Source of the DNA: Candidatus Adlerbacteria bacterium RIFOXYC1_FULL_48_26
GTDB taxonomy: Bacteria > Patescibacteriota > Minisyncoccia > Phycocordibacterales > SBAW01
Reading direction: 5' to 3'
Length of the DNA stretch: 64,000 bases
NCBI GenBank assembly: GCA_001773575.1
Contig: MEXB01000004.1
Coordinates: 10,217-74,216 of the forward strand
In this document: positions 9,876 to 20,282 of the stretch, piece by piece
Position numbering within the stretch: the first letter of the stretch is position 1
Layout: the number at the start of each line of letters is the position of its first letter
Program-made: the position numbers and the translations under genes
The notes under the pieces: generated by a model
What the model saw: only the letters and a program-made list of their open reading frames with translations
What the model was told of the DNA's origin: nothing
Databases searched by the model: none

Positions 9876-10329
9876 GGAGTAGGCTTTGGTTGGCCCACTG
9901 CATGCGCTCACCAAGAAGTGGTGGGACAGGAATCCAAAATGGATACGCTGGTATCTGGCAACTAAACGGTGCTGTTGGGATAGAAGGAGGCGGACAGCAG
10001 AAGTACGGTATATCCGCTATTCCTAGTATTTGTTGCCCTATGACGTATGGAGGAGGGTCAGGATTGGGTGAAGGAGGGTATAAAGGAAGTAGCCCAGGCG
10101 CCGGCACACCTCGTAAAGTCATCGGCGTCCATATATAGAAAGGTTGTTTCGTGGCAGGCGCTGGAACAATTGTTACGAACTGCGCAGGACCCGAATAACT
10201 TAAGCAGGGGACAAACGCTGCCACTTTCCCTCCGAAGGAGAGCCCGCTTACAGCCGCCGACGCTGAGGCTGGTGTAACCAAGAGCGTGAGCGAGAAAATT
10301 GAAGAAATGATGGAGCTTAGAATACCCAT
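9865..10329 (-). CDS. Hypothetical secreted Pro/Cys-rich protein
   Basis: Signal-peptide-like N-terminus, FGGKV motif, proline-rich. TATAAT lies 6 nt upstream of ATG 10329. Confidence 0.65.
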   Translation of the reverse strand: MGILSSIISSIFSLTLLVTPASASAAVSGLSFGGKVAAFVPCLSYSGPAQFVTIVPAPATKQPFYIWTPMTLRGVPAPGLLPLYPPSPNPDPPPYVIGQQILGIADIPYFCCPPPSIPTAPFSCQIPAYPFWIPVPPLLGERMQWANQSLLPRP

Positions 10330-10350
10330 ATCCATATTATACTGTAGAGA

Positions 10351-11241
10351 ATGGATACGGGCCGATATCTTCCCAGTAAGCAGTTTTCTCTGATAACTAT
10401 CTCTCTGTTTCTTTCAGCTGGTCTTGTATTTGCCGCAGAACATATACATAAGCCTTCTACAGGCTCACTTGCTGTAGATACTACAGGCGCAGCACCCGCA
10501 GGTGCAGGCGACTGGAAGGCCTCTCTTGAGAGTGTGCAGCAAAATTCGGGCATTTCACTTCCTTCTGCACCCGATCAAAATACCGTAGAAGGCCTTTTAC
10601 AAGCCGCTCAAAGCAACAACCTCACGGAAAGCGTGTCACGAAGCCTGTTCGTGAACCTCGTTAATGCCAAAGGGCAAGGGCTTGGTAGTGATATTCCGAC
10701 ACAAGACCAAATAGTTACCCAGGCCCTTTCTCAAGTGCCTGCCTCTATCCGCACAAAGACCTACTTTACAGAAGATCTTACGCTTACTGATACTTCAAAG
10801 ACCTCATTACACGCCTATGGCAATGCGGTAATGACGGTTCTACAGAAAAACTCCAACCAAGAATACGCAAAGACACTGGTTATTATTGACGCTGTTACGA
10901 CAAAAAATGACGCAACCCAGCTTGAACTCCTAAAACCAATTCAAAAAACCTACAAACACATATCCAACGAGCTAATTGCCATACCTGTTCCAAAAATACT
11001 TGCACCGTTCCATCTTCAGCTTGTAAACGATTTTGAAAACATAACCGCAACATACGACAAGTTCGAGGCTCTCGTTGGTGACCCTCTTAACGGAATTGCG
11101 GCAATCCAACAATATCGAACGCTTACGCAGGATGCAGGCCAAATGTTCATAAACATCGCACAAACTTTCCAGAAGAACGATATAATTTTCAATAAGGACG
11201 AGCCGGGGGCGACGTGGGCTTTTCTTCTGCAATCGCAGTAA
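10351..11241 (+). CDS. Hypothetical membrane-anchored protein (first gene of the T4SS-like cluster)
   Basis: 296-aa ORF with an N-terminal hydrophobic anchor and a helical body. Confidence 0.85.
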   Translation: MDTGRYLPSKQFSLITISLFLSAGLVFAAEHIHKPSTGSLAVDTTGAAPAGAGDWKASLESVQQNSGISLPSAPDQNTVEGLLQAAQSNNLTESVSRSLFVNLVNAKGQGLGSDIPTQDQIVTQALSQVPASIRTKTYFTEDLTLTDTSKTSLHAYGNAVMTVLQKNSNQEYAKTLVIIDAVTTKNDATQLELLKPIQKTYKHISNELIAIPVPKILAPFHLQLVNDFENITATYDKFEALVGDPLNGIAAIQQYRTLTQDAGQMFINIAQTFQKNDIIFNKDEPGATWAFLLQSQ

Positions 11242-11247
11242 ATCACA

Positions 11248-13413
11248 ATGAATAAAAAATTCGTTTATATCATCCTCATCGCCCTCGCAATCTTTCTTTT
11301 AGTTGCGCTGCTATGGTGGTGGTTTTTGCGAAGGGAAGGGAATGCAATTCAAAACACCGGCACCTTCGGCACTGCACAAAACGCACAAAACAATGCGACC
11401 TCTAGCAACGGAACCCCAACTAACATCGGCACTCCATTGGGGCCAGATGTGGATCTGGGCGTAGAACAACCCAATACTCCGCTTGGGAGCATTGGGCAAA
11501 ATACCGCAAATGGCCAAGTACCGAATCAGCCTGGTGGAACTGGAGTAACTACTGTTGGGCCCATTACTGTTGGAACTCCTGTGGTGGTTGGCACAGTGGG
11601 GGTACCAAATGTTGTATGGCTCTCAGGAGATCCCGCGAGCACAACTACCGGAGGCATCACAAACAGTCCAGGTACGGTCTTTAACCCAACTGCTATAAAC
11701 GAGATTGTTTCATCAAACCCGACCGGCAACGGCGGGATTACACCTAACATTGGGTACAACGGGTACGGACAACAACAAGGAAGTGGTAGCGGTTCAGCGC
11801 TTGGCTCCATCGGAATAGCTGCTGGAGTAGGGGTGGTTAGTTGTGCCGTAGTTCCTGCGATGCAGGCAGTAGCACAAGCTCTTGGTTTTGCAGAAGCGAC
11901 CGGCAAACAAGCAGCTGCGCAAGCAACAGCGAGCGGCGCGGCTGCTGCTGTTGCCGCAATGAGCGTCTCAACTGTTGACCTCGGCACAAACACTCGTCTT
12001 GCGCTTGGTCTTCCAGCTCTATCTGGACAAATAGGTCAACTTGGCGGCAATCAAACCAGCCAACAGACTATTGATCAATTCATGGGGTGTATTACGCGCA
12101 ACATAGCAAAAATTATGTTGCAGCAGATCACCAACAGTGTGGTTAACTGGATCAACTCTGGCTTTAATGGCTCCCCAGCATTCGTTCAAAACCCAACACA
12201 GTTTATTCAGAAGACAGCTGATGTTATTGCAGGCCAATATATTCAAAGCAGTGCACTCTCATTCTTGTGTAGCCCATTTCAGCTGCAGGTAAGAATTGCC
12301 ATTGCGCAAAGCTACGCAAACCGCAGTAGCGCTGCCTCCTGCACACTGACACAAGTTTCAAACAATATAACCAACTTTATGCGCGGCTCCTTCAGTACAG
12401 CGGGAGGATGGCCAGCTCTTTTGTCATTCACCTCTATGCCCACCAACAACCCTTATGGTGCGTTTATGTACGCATCCGCAGGGATTTCGTTGGTTACCTC
12501 AAATGCCCAAAGGCAGGTTCAAACAGATTTGCTGCAGGGCAGCGGGTTCCTTTCCTTCCAGCAAAAAGTTGCCGGCAGCTGTGTAACCACTGCCTCACCT
12601 CCAGCGCCAAGCTTGAACAAATCAATAACCCCTAAAGGCGGACCTACCAATTCATCCCAACAACTATACGAGGTCTGCGACTACGTTACTGCAACACCGG
12701 GCAAGGTTATTGCTGACTCTCTAGGCGCAACAGAAAAAAGCACACTCGACCAGCTCACCTTGGCAAAAAGTTTTGATGAAATCATCAGCGCACTCATCAA
12801 CCAGCTGATGACTCGCACACTGCAAGGCGGTCTTTCGAACTTGAGTGGTGCGAACGGCTATGCAAGCAATTTCTATACAGCCGACCAACAGCAGGCGCAA
12901 AATGGACAGCAAGCACTACTTGCCCAAATGCAAAGCGACACAGCAACTGCCGGCCAATACGGTAGTGTCCAGCAGGGAAGTATCCAGGATATTCAAAGCG
13001 CTCAGAACCAACTCAACAACGCATATAACTGCTGGAATAATGTTGCGCAAGCAAGCACCACTGCAACAATAACGCCTTCCACCCAAGCACAAGCTCTCAC
13101 AAACGCAGCAACTGCATCTACAACCTTCAACTCTCTAAACACGACTATCGACTCTTATAACGATAGAATTACGAAGGTGAACGTTGCAATAATTGCGCTC
13201 CAAGAATTGCAGAGCCGTGTGCTTTCAGTTTCATCAGGTTCTGATTTGTCCTCAATTCAAAGCGACTACAACGCCGCAAAAGCGTCTGGCCAATTCCCAA
13301 CAGGAGCCGATGTAACCAATGCGCAACAAAACCGTGTCACGCTACAAAGCCAAATGTCGACAATAAGCCAGCAAGCAAACGACTCTCTCCAACAATGCAA
13401 TGCTATTTTCTAA
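11248..13413 (+). CDS. Large hypothetical membrane-anchored protein (T4SS-like cluster)
   Basis: 721 aa: N-terminal TM, G/T/N-rich linker, central VNWINSGFNGSPAFV/FLCSPF block and Q-rich coiled-coil C-terminus. Confidence 0.85.
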   Translation: MNKKFVYIILIALAIFLLVALLWWWFLRREGNAIQNTGTFGTAQNAQNNATSSNGTPTNIGTPLGPDVDLGVEQPNTPLGSIGQNTANGQVPNQPGGTGVTTVGPITVGTPVVVGTVGVPNVVWLSGDPASTTTGGITNSPGTVFNPTAINEIVSSNPTGNGGITPNIGYNGYGQQQGSGSGSALGSIGIAAGVGVVSCAVVPAMQAVAQALGFAEATGKQAAAQATASGAAAAVAAMSVSTVDLGTNTRLALGLPALSGQIGQLGGNQTSQQTIDQFMGCITRNIAKIMLQQITNSVVNWINSGFNGSPAFVQNPTQFIQKTADVIAGQYIQSSALSFLCSPFQLQVRIAIAQSYANRSSAASCTLTQVSNNITNFMRGSFSTAGGWPALLSFTSMPTNNPYGAFMYASAGISLVTSNAQRQVQTDLLQGSGFLSFQQKVAGSCVTTASPPAPSLNKSITPKGGPTNSSQQLYEVCDYVTATPGKVIADSLGATEKSTLDQLTLAKSFDEIISALINQLMTRTLQGGLSNLSGANGYASNFYTADQQQAQNGQQALLAQMQSDTATAGQYGSVQQGSIQDIQSAQNQLNNAYNCWNNVAQASTTATITPSTQAQALTNAATASTTFNSLNTTIDSYNDRITKVNVAIIALQELQSRVLSVSSGSDLSSIQSDYNAAKASGQFPTGADVTNAQQNRVTLQSQMSTISQQANDSLQQCNAIF

Positions 13414-15958
13414 ACCCCTGACATACGGCGAAGGGAACACTCTACGACGCATCGTAGCGGGTTTTTTGCTCTTACTCGTATTTTTGCTACCTATTCAAAA
13501 TGTTTTGACTACACCTGTTGTCTCTGTAGCACAAGCTCAAACCACAGGCACAAGCGCGAGTGCCTCGTTCTGTAGCGAGGCAAGTACCTGCCTTACCAGC
13601 ATCGTATATTTGTTCGCGGTCTATATACCAACAAACTTTGCATACGCTGCCGGGTACCTCTTTAATGCCGCCCTGCAACTTGCCTTAAACAGTGCCTCCT
13701 ATGCATTGAACTTTCTTTCTTTGGGATGGACTATTGTGCGCGACATCGCCAACCTGACCTTTATTTTTATCCTTATATACATCGCGTACATCATTATCAT
13801 GCGCGCGGAGAGTTCTGGAACAATGAAGATGTTGGCCTGGGTTATCGCGATGGCCTTGCTCATTAACTTCAGTTTCTTTATAACGCGTATGGTTATCGAC
13901 GCGGGCAATATTCTTTCCGTACAGTTTTATAACGCTATAAACATTCCCAACTCCATACCCTCGCCTCTGAGTGCTCAGCAATGTCCGCCAAACTGTATCA
14001 AAGACCTCACAGGGGGAATTATGGATGCGGTAAAAGTTCAAGGTATTTTGGGTGATAAATCATTCGCTGCCTTTATGGCATCGTCTGGGAATAGTCTTGG
14101 GTCATTTGGTACAAACGTGCTCGTACAAACACTGGTGTTCGTTTCAGTTGGAATATTTTTATCACTACTTGGGTTTGTATTTCTTATCGTTGGTATTAAA
14201 TTTATGGTCCGCATTGTAGTGCTGTGGCTCACGATAGTAGCCTCTCCACTTGCGTTCGCAGCACACGCACTTCCTAACAACAAAAAAGTTATGGGGTATT
14301 ACCAGATGTGGCAGGATAACCTCATACAGTCGGCATTTTTCCCTGCAATATTCTTATTTTTGTTTTTCATAATGAACTTGTTCTTACAGGCGTTGGCTGG
14401 CGGGAAAGGCCTTGTGCCCGATATTTTCAATGCTGTTGCACAAATAAATACATCTGGGGCTGGTAATGTTGAGGCAGGAATAAGTGTTATTGCAAACGTC
14501 GGAGTCCGTATGGGCTTGGTAATAGTGTTGTTGTACTTCGCCATGAAAGCTTCTGATTCCTTCAGTGCAATGGGGAGCGGAATGGCAAACAGTGTTACAA
14601 GCTGGGCAGGAAGCAAGGCTGCAAATATGACCGCCGGAACTTCTTCGTGGCTTGCTCGAAACAGCGCTGGCCGACTCGCAAACACAGCCGCGCGTAGTGC
14701 AACAGTGCGCGATTGGGCGGCTAAAAACCCGCTCTATGGCGGACGTCTAGTGTCCGGTGCTCTTAACAAAGCAGCGACCTCAAGTCTTGATGTGCGCGGT
14801 ATTGGAGGTCTGAAAAGCCTTGTGGGTAAGGCGGGTTTTGATCTGAATGGCCCCGGCGGCAAAGGAGGCTATAGAAAACAAGAAGCTGACAGGGCACATG
14901 ACGCTGAAAAATTTGCAAAGGGCCTTAAGAGTGATGCGGTATATGTAAAGAAAAATGCTTTGACTGCAGGACTATCCGCATATGATAAGGCCAACGGTAA
15001 AGGATCTGTCGCTGAATTGGAAAAAATCCAAGCACAAGGAGCTGCTGCAGCAATTCAACAGTACGCAGCTCAGTATGATGCAAATAGAGCAGCAGGTGAT
15101 ATGTCATTTAAAGAGAAGTTGGATAACCTTGAGAAGGCGCGGGTTTTAGCCACAAAAGATGCAGAGAGTCACAAAACTGCGGGTAATACAGTTGAGGAAG
15201 CGAAAGCTCGAGCTGCTGCCGCGGCTGCTTCTCAGGCATTTGCTTCAGAAGACGCGAAAAGTAAACAGAAATATGCAGATGCCGTTAAAGATCTGAGTGC
15301 AATGCGAAAATTGGGTGAAGTCTCTATTAAAGAGGCGGATAAAAAAAGAATTTATGGAGCTGCAGATTACGAAGAAAGTCGCCGTTTTGGAAACATGTAT
15401 ATGCCTTCGGTTGGGAATATTGAAGGTGCCGATCATATGCGCCATGTAATGCACGAGAAGAGTGATAAAGAGAAACTTAAAGATCTAGCAGCTAAGGTTG
15501 CGTTGGCCGATCAGGCACCTCCTGCACCTGTCGCACAAACACCAACTCCTACAGCTCCTTCCGGTGGAGGATCGAAGCCAACCCCACCACCTTCAGGAGG
15601 GGATCATGGCAACGATCACGGCGCTGGCCACCACATGACCTTTAAAGCCATGAGAACAGAGGCTCAGAAACCTGGAGGGTTGAAAGGAAGCACTGAAGCT
15701 CTCCATAACGAGGTGTTTGGCGAAGATATGTTGAAACGTCTCGACGCTCGAATGAGAAATATACAGGAAAATACATCAGCCCAAGGAGCACAGATGGGAA
15801 ATATCCAGCAATCTATAGACATACTTAGCAGGGCAGCACAGCGTCAAACGCCTTCAACTCCAACAGGACCAACGACATACGGAGATATTGCAGCAGGCAA
15901 AGGTGCGATGCGACCCAAAACACCTGGAGATAATCAACAGAAACCTCCTAGGGCATAG
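13400..15958 (+). CDS. VirB6/TrbL-like polytopic membrane protein
   Basis: GWTIVRDIANLTFIFIL, ALLINFSFFITRMVID and RIVVLWLTIVASPLAF; about 8 TMs plus a long low-complexity cytoplasmic tail; sits upstream of PrgI/VirB4. Confidence 0.75.
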   Translation: MLFSKPLTYGEGNTLRRIVAGFLLLLVFLLPIQNVLTTPVVSVAQAQTTGTSASASFCSEASTCLTSIVYLFAVYIPTNFAYAAGYLFNAALQLALNSASYALNFLSLGWTIVRDIANLTFIFILIYIAYIIIMRAESSGTMKMLAWVIAMALLINFSFFITRMVIDAGNILSVQFYNAINIPNSIPSPLSAQQCPPNCIKDLTGGIMDAVKVQGILGDKSFAAFMASSGNSLGSFGTNVLVQTLVFVSVGIFLSLLGFVFLIVGIKFMVRIVVLWLTIVASPLAFAAHALPNNKKVMGYYQMWQDNLIQSAFFPAIFLFLFFIMNLFLQALAGGKGLVPDIFNAVAQINTSGAGNVEAGISVIANVGVRMGLVIVLLYFAMKASDSFSAMGSGMANSVTSWAGSKAANMTAGTSSWLARNSAGRLANTAARSATVRDWAAKNPLYGGRLVSGALNKAATSSLDVRGIGGLKSLVGKAGFDLNGPGGKGGYRKQEADRAHDAEKFAKGLKSDAVYVKKNALTAGLSAYDKANGKGSVAELEKIQAQGAAAAIQQYAAQYDANRAAGDMSFKEKLDNLEKARVLATKDAESHKTAGNTVEEAKARAAAAAASQAFASEDAKSKQKYADAVKDLSAMRKLGEVSIKEADKKRIYGAADYEESRRFGNMYMPSVGNIEGADHMRHVMHEKSDKEKLKDLAAKVALADQAPPAPVAQTPTPTAPSGGGSKPTPPPSGGDHGNDHGAGHHMTFKAMRTEAQKPGGLKGSTEALHNEVFGEDMLKRLDARMRNIQENTSAQGAQMGNIQQSIDILSRAAQRQTPSTPTGPTTYGDIAAGKGAMRPKTPGDNQQKPPRA

Positions 15959-15980
15959 AAAAAGAATGTAGAATAGAGGT

Positions 15981-16640
15981 ATGCCAGAGAACTCTGCAGA
16001 CTCAATTCAAAACCAAATAGAGCAGCGTCTTACTGAACTGCCTCAAGATGTACGAGATGTCGTACTCTCTTCACAACTTGGAGAGCGTTTACGCGAGATC
16101 GGCCAAAAACACGGCCTTCATATAGATCAAATTGGTGTATTAGAAGACGAAGTGATGCTCGTGATGCTTGGGTTTTTTGAACCTGAAGACTTTAACAACC
16201 AGATTGCCAACCAGCTTCATCTCTCCACCCTCGACGCAACAGCTATAGCACAGGAGATCAACCAGGTGATATTCCTCCCAATTCGTGAATCTATGATAGC
16301 GTTTGCTGCCTCAAAGCGCGCAGCTAAGCCTGTAACCGAGCCTGCGCAAGACCGTCCGATCGGTTCTGTTGAACCGCGGCCCGATCTTGCTTCGGCACCT
16401 GCCCGTCCGGCAGGCGGGTCCACGTTACCTGTAGCGGTTACGGCACCTAACAACATCCCAATTAGGATTGAAACGCCGCAGCAGAACCCGGCTGTGGAGC
16501 CGAAGACCGACGCAGAGGGTTCTGCGCCGGCAAAACCACCAATGCCTCCGATGCCAAATGCAGAAAAAATGCTGACAGAGACAACTGTTGCAAAACCAAT
16601 CTATAAAACTGATCCATATCGAGAACCTATAGAGCCGTAG
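15981..16640 (+). CDS. Conserved hypothetical protein (Parcubacteria-type, ends DPYREPIE)
   Basis: Helical N-domain (IGQKHGLHIDQIG...EINQVIFLPIRES) and a Pro-rich tail carrying three inserted elements. Confidence 0.85.
   Translation: MPENSADSIQNQIEQRLTELPQDVRDVVLSSQLGERLREIGQKHGLHIDQIGVLEDEVMLVMLGFFEPEDFNNQIANQLHLSTLDATAIAQEINQVIFLPIRESMIAFAASKRAAKPVTEPAQDRPIGSVEPRPDLASAPARPAGGSTLPVAVTAPNNIPIRIETPQQNPAVEPKTDAEGSAPAKPPMPPMPNAEKMLTETTVAKPIYKTDPYREPIEP
16340..16396 (-). repeat. Palindromic element family A, copy 3 (57 bp, in-frame)
   Basis: Reverse complement reads GCC-GAA-GCAAGA...CGGTTCAACAGAACCG...TCTTGC-GCA-GGC. The inner hairpin is shared with copy 1. Confidence 0.85.
16397..16419. repeat. 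Short GC-rich palindrome (CCTGCC..GGCAGG type) abutting element A3
   Basis: ACCTGCCCGTCCGGCAGGCGGGT; encodes PARPAGG. Confidence 0.55.
16475..16531 (+). repeat. Palindromic element family A, copy 4 (57 bp, in-frame)
   Basis: GCCGCAGCAGAACCC...GGGTTCTGCGCCGGC; encodes PQQNPAVEPKTDAEGSAP. Confidence 0.9.
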
Positions 16641-16671
16641 TTGCAGAAATTTTGATATATACTAAGGGGGA

Positions 16672-17073
16672 ATGCGATATCAAGTTCCTCAATTTATCGA
16701 AGTTGAAGATAAAATATTCGGGCCGCTAACCCTGAAACAATTTGTGTACTTGGCCGGCGGGGGAGGCCTATGCCTCGCGTTTTTTACTCTGCTCCCATTC
16801 TATATATTCGTCACACTCGCTATTCCAGTTATGGCTCTCTCTTTAGCGCTCGCATTTTACCGAGTAAACGATCGTCCATTTTTAACCTCAATTGAGCATG
16901 CGTTCGGTTTCTACACCAACAGCAAGCTCTATTTATGGAAACAACGCCCACCTGAACTCGTACAGAAACAAGCTGCCATACAGCCAATTACCCCAGCAAT
17001 GGTTCCTAAACTTTCAGAAAGCCGCCTCAAAGACCTCGCGTGGTCGTTGAATATAAAGCAGACAAACGAATAA
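16672..17073 (+). CDS. PrgI family protein (VirB3-like)
   Basis: MRYQVPQFIEVEDKIFGPLTLKQF signature, two TMs and NDRPF. Confidence 0.9.
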   Translation: MRYQVPQFIEVEDKIFGPLTLKQFVYLAGGGGLCLAFFTLLPFYIFVTLAIPVMALSLALAFYRVNDRPFLTSIEHAFGFYTNSKLYLWKQRPPELVQKQAAIQPITPAMVPKLSESRLKDLAWSLNIKQTNE

Positions 17074-17076
17074 CAT

Positions 17077-17742
17077 ATGGCTGACGCACCTATAAAAGCA
17101 CAAGCTACTCAAGATTTCGTACCTATAAAAGAAGTGCGGAACGGCGTTGTAATACTAAAAGATGGCTCTATGCGAGCGCTTCTTATGGCATCTTCTATAA
17201 ACTTGGCTCTCAAATCTCAAGACGAACAGAACGCCATCATCGGACAATTTCAAAACTTTCTAAACTCACTTGAATTCACCGTTCAATTTTTCGTTGAAAG
17301 CCGCGACCTCGACATCCGCCCCTATATCGCGATCTTGGAAGAGCGTTATGTCGCAGAACTCGACGACCTGATGAAAATCCAAATCCGAGAATATATAGCC
17401 TTCATCAAAGATTTCACCGCCCGTTCAAACATCATGTCGAAAAACTTTTTTATCGTAGTTCCGTACGATCCGGCGCTTGTTGGGAGAGGGAAGGGAGTTG
17501 CAGGAGCCTTCAATGCACTCGTTCCGTCAAAGAATTCAAGCAATAATGTACTCACTGACGAGCAGTTTGAGCAATACCGAACTCAATTAGAACAGCGTGT
17601 CTCCGTCGTCGAGCAAGGCTTAGTGCGCACAGGTGTACGTATCGCACCACTGGGAACTGAAGAAATTATCGAGTTATTCTATAAACTGTTTAACCCTGGC
17701 GAACTTGAGAAACCTCAACAAGTAACTCAGATGGTTCGCTAA
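17077..17742 (+). CDS. TraC/VirB4 N-terminal-like protein
   Basis: TQDFVPIKEVRNGVVILKDG and INLALKSQDEQNAI; lies between PrgI and VirB4. Confidence 0.8.
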   Translation: MADAPIKAQATQDFVPIKEVRNGVVILKDGSMRALLMASSINLALKSQDEQNAIIGQFQNFLNSLEFTVQFFVESRDLDIRPYIAILEERYVAELDDLMKIQIREYIAFIKDFTARSNIMSKNFFIVVPYDPALVGRGKGVAGAFNALVPSKNSSNNVLTDEQFEQYRTQLEQRVSVVEQGLVRTGVRIAPLGTEEIIELFYKLFNPGELEKPQQVTQMVR

Positions 17743-17746
17743 CTAT

Positions 17747-19579
17747 ATGGCACTTTTTGGACTAATAAAATCAAAAGACGAAGGGCAGGTGCCGGCAATG
17801 GCGCCCATAATGCCTGAACAAATTTACCGCCAGGGTGTTTTGGAGTTGCAGGATGTTATCGCGCCCTCAGCGCTCAAAATCACCTCGCGCGAACTTAACT
17901 TGGGCGACAAAATTGCACGAACATTCTTCGTTATGTCATACCCACGCACATTGGTGGACTCGTGGTTTGCCCCAATCATCAACCTGGACCGCGTTCTGGA
18001 TATCTCTGTGTTTATCCACCCAATAGACTCGGCTGAAATCCTCAAAAAATTCCAGAAAAAGGTAGCTGAGGTGCAAAGCCAGATTATTTCCCGCGAAGAC
18101 AAAGGCCTTGTGCGCGACCCTATTTTGGACACGGCATATAGAGATTTGGAGGATTTGCGTGACCAACTCCAGCAAGCAGAGGAACGTATTTTCGACGTTG
18201 GCGTCTATATAACGGTGTATGGCAAGACAATAGAGGAGCTTGATAAAACAGAAAGCGAAATAAAGTCGATGCTTGAAAGCCGTCTTATTTATGTAAAACC
18301 AGCCCTATTCCAGCAAGTACAAGGCTTTAGAAGCACGCTTCCACTGGCGACAGACGAATTGAATGTAAATTCAAAGCTAAATTCTTCGCCGCTCTCCTCT
18401 ATATTTCCATTCGTATCCTTCGACCTTACATCTGATAAAGGAATTCTGTACGGAGTTAACCGACACAACGCCAGCTTGGTGTTGTTTGACCGTTTTAGTT
18501 TGGAAAACTACAACTCAGTTATCTTCGCAAAATCAGGTTCAGGTAAATCCTACGCCACAAAGTTGGAAATTCTCCGTACGCTTATGTTCGATACAGAGGT
18601 GATCGTTATTGACCCAGAACGTGAATACGAATTTTTGAGCCAGACTGTTGGTGGCCGCTACTTCAATATTTCCCTCACATCAGAACACCACATTAACCCT
18701 TTCGACTTGCCTATACCGCGCGAGGACGAAAACCCTGCAGACATTTTGCGCTCGAACATTGTGTCTCTCGTTGGGTTGTTCCGCATTATGTTGGGAGGCC
18801 TTAGCCCTGAAGAGGACGCGATTATCGACAAGGCTATTACTGAAACCTACGCGCTTAAAGACATCACTGTTGACTCTAACTTCGCTGAAATAGAACCACC
18901 GCTCCTTTCTGACTTTGAGACGGTACTTTCTGGTATGGATGGGAGTGAGTCATTGGTTCAGCGCCTCTCTAAGTACACAAAAGGTACATGGTCTGGGTTT
19001 ATCAACCAGGCAACAAACGTCGACATCAATAAAAAATTCGTCGTGTTCTCAGTCCGCGACATGGAAGATGACCTTAAGCCCGTCGCGATGTATATCATTA
19101 CGCACTATATATGGAACGCGGTTCGTAAAAACCTTAAGAAACGCCTCCTTGTTATCGACGAAGCGTGGTGGATGATGAAATCGGAGGACACAGCATCCTT
19201 CCTCTACAGCATGGCAAAGCGCGGCCGTAAGTATTACTTGGGCCTTGCAACTATTACCCAAGACGTTGATGACTTCTTGAAATCTCCTTATGGGTTACCG
19301 ATGATCACCAACTCGTCTATTCAAATATTGCTTAAACAGTCGCCCACAACTATAGATAACCTGCAAAAAACCTTTAACCTCTCAGATGAGGAGAAGTATT
19401 TGTTGCTTGAATCGGATGTAGGGGAGGGCATCTTCTTTGCCGGCCTTAAGCACGTCGCTATAAAAGTCATCGCCTCATATACTGAAGACCAGATAATCAC
19501 CTCTGACCCATCGCAAGTGCTCGCAATCCGTAAACAACAAGCTGAAGTTGCAGAAGGTCGTGCTCCAGCAGCTCAGTAA
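17747..19579 (+). CDS. virB4: VirB4/TraC-like type IV secretion ATPase
   Basis: Walker A AKSGSGKS, IDPEREY, INPFD, Walker B LLVIDEAW and KRGRKY..ITQD. Confidence 0.92.
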   Translation: MALFGLIKSKDEGQVPAMAPIMPEQIYRQGVLELQDVIAPSALKITSRELNLGDKIARTFFVMSYPRTLVDSWFAPIINLDRVLDISVFIHPIDSAEILKKFQKKVAEVQSQIISREDKGLVRDPILDTAYRDLEDLRDQLQQAEERIFDVGVYITVYGKTIEELDKTESEIKSMLESRLIYVKPALFQQVQGFRSTLPLATDELNVNSKLNSSPLSSIFPFVSFDLTSDKGILYGVNRHNASLVLFDRFSLENYNSVIFAKSGSGKSYATKLEILRTLMFDTEVIVIDPEREYEFLSQTVGGRYFNISLTSEHHINPFDLPIPREDENPADILRSNIVSLVGLFRIMLGGLSPEEDAIIDKAITETYALKDITVDSNFAEIEPPLLSDFETVLSGMDGSESLVQRLSKYTKGTWSGFINQATNVDINKKFVVFSVRDMEDDLKPVAMYIITHYIWNAVRKNLKKRLLVIDEAWWMMKSEDTASFLYSMAKRGRKYYLGLATITQDVDDFLKSPYGLPMITNSSIQILLKQSPTTIDNLQKTFNLSDEEKYLLLESDVGEGIFFAGLKHVAIKVIASYTEDQIITSDPSQVLAIRKQQAEVAEGRAPAAQ

Positions 19580-19598
19580 ATCAGGTTACAATAGAAAC

Positions 19599-20282
19599 AT
19601 GCACACGGCGCGCAACTCGTTGCTGATTCTCTTTGCAATCCTCCTAGATATCCTGCAGGCAGGTATTTCTGCGGGATTGTTTATGATGGGAGCATTTCCC
19701 GGCACAGTTGGAGGCGCCGCTGGCGGCTGTTTTATAGGTGCGAAAGTCGCAGGCTCCGTCGGTTGTGCGATCGGTGGTACAGTTGCCGGGTTTGCCGGAA
19801 GTGTTGTAAATGTTGCCTCTGCAGCGACTCTTCCTTTTGCAGTTGGGCTTGGGTTTGCTGTTAATTTTTGTATTAGTGCAACCCTCGGGGTCATACTTGT
19901 CGCATGGCTTTGGTCCCTCGGTATGTATAAATTTGGACCTGGTATAACAGGTTTTATAGTTGAACTTACTCCAGGCCTTGCCGTAGTGCCCGGTTGGACC
20001 ATGATGACAATTCTCTGTGTAGTACGCAAAACTGCTGAAGAGAAAAAACTTGTTGGATCTACAGGAAGTCTATTTACCACATTTGCAACGACTGGAATAG
20101 CGGGGGCTGGTGCCTTTGCCGCGTTTGCAATTAACCAAGGCACTGCGCGCAGAGCTCGTGAGGCAGGGGTGTTTACACAAGAAGAACAAGATCAGAATCT
20201 CGCCGAAAAGAAACAATTTGTTTCAACTGAATTAAAAAACATTGATGGTATCCGAGCAAAAAACCAAGCCTATGCAGCATAA
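19599..20282 (+). CDS. Hypothetical Gly/Ala-rich membrane protein
   Basis: Several hydrophobic, glycine-zipper-like segments; TACAAT lies 6 nt upstream of ATG 19599. Confidence 0.8.
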   Translation: MHTARNSLLILFAILLDILQAGISAGLFMMGAFPGTVGGAAGGCFIGAKVAGSVGCAIGGTVAGFAGSVVNVASAATLPFAVGLGFAVNFCISATLGVILVAWLWSLGMYKFGPGITGFIVELTPGLAVVPGWTMMTILCVVRKTAEEKKLVGSTGSLFTTFATTGIAGAGAFAAFAINQGTARRAREAGVFTQEEQDQNLAEKKQFVSTELKNIDGIRAKNQAYAA

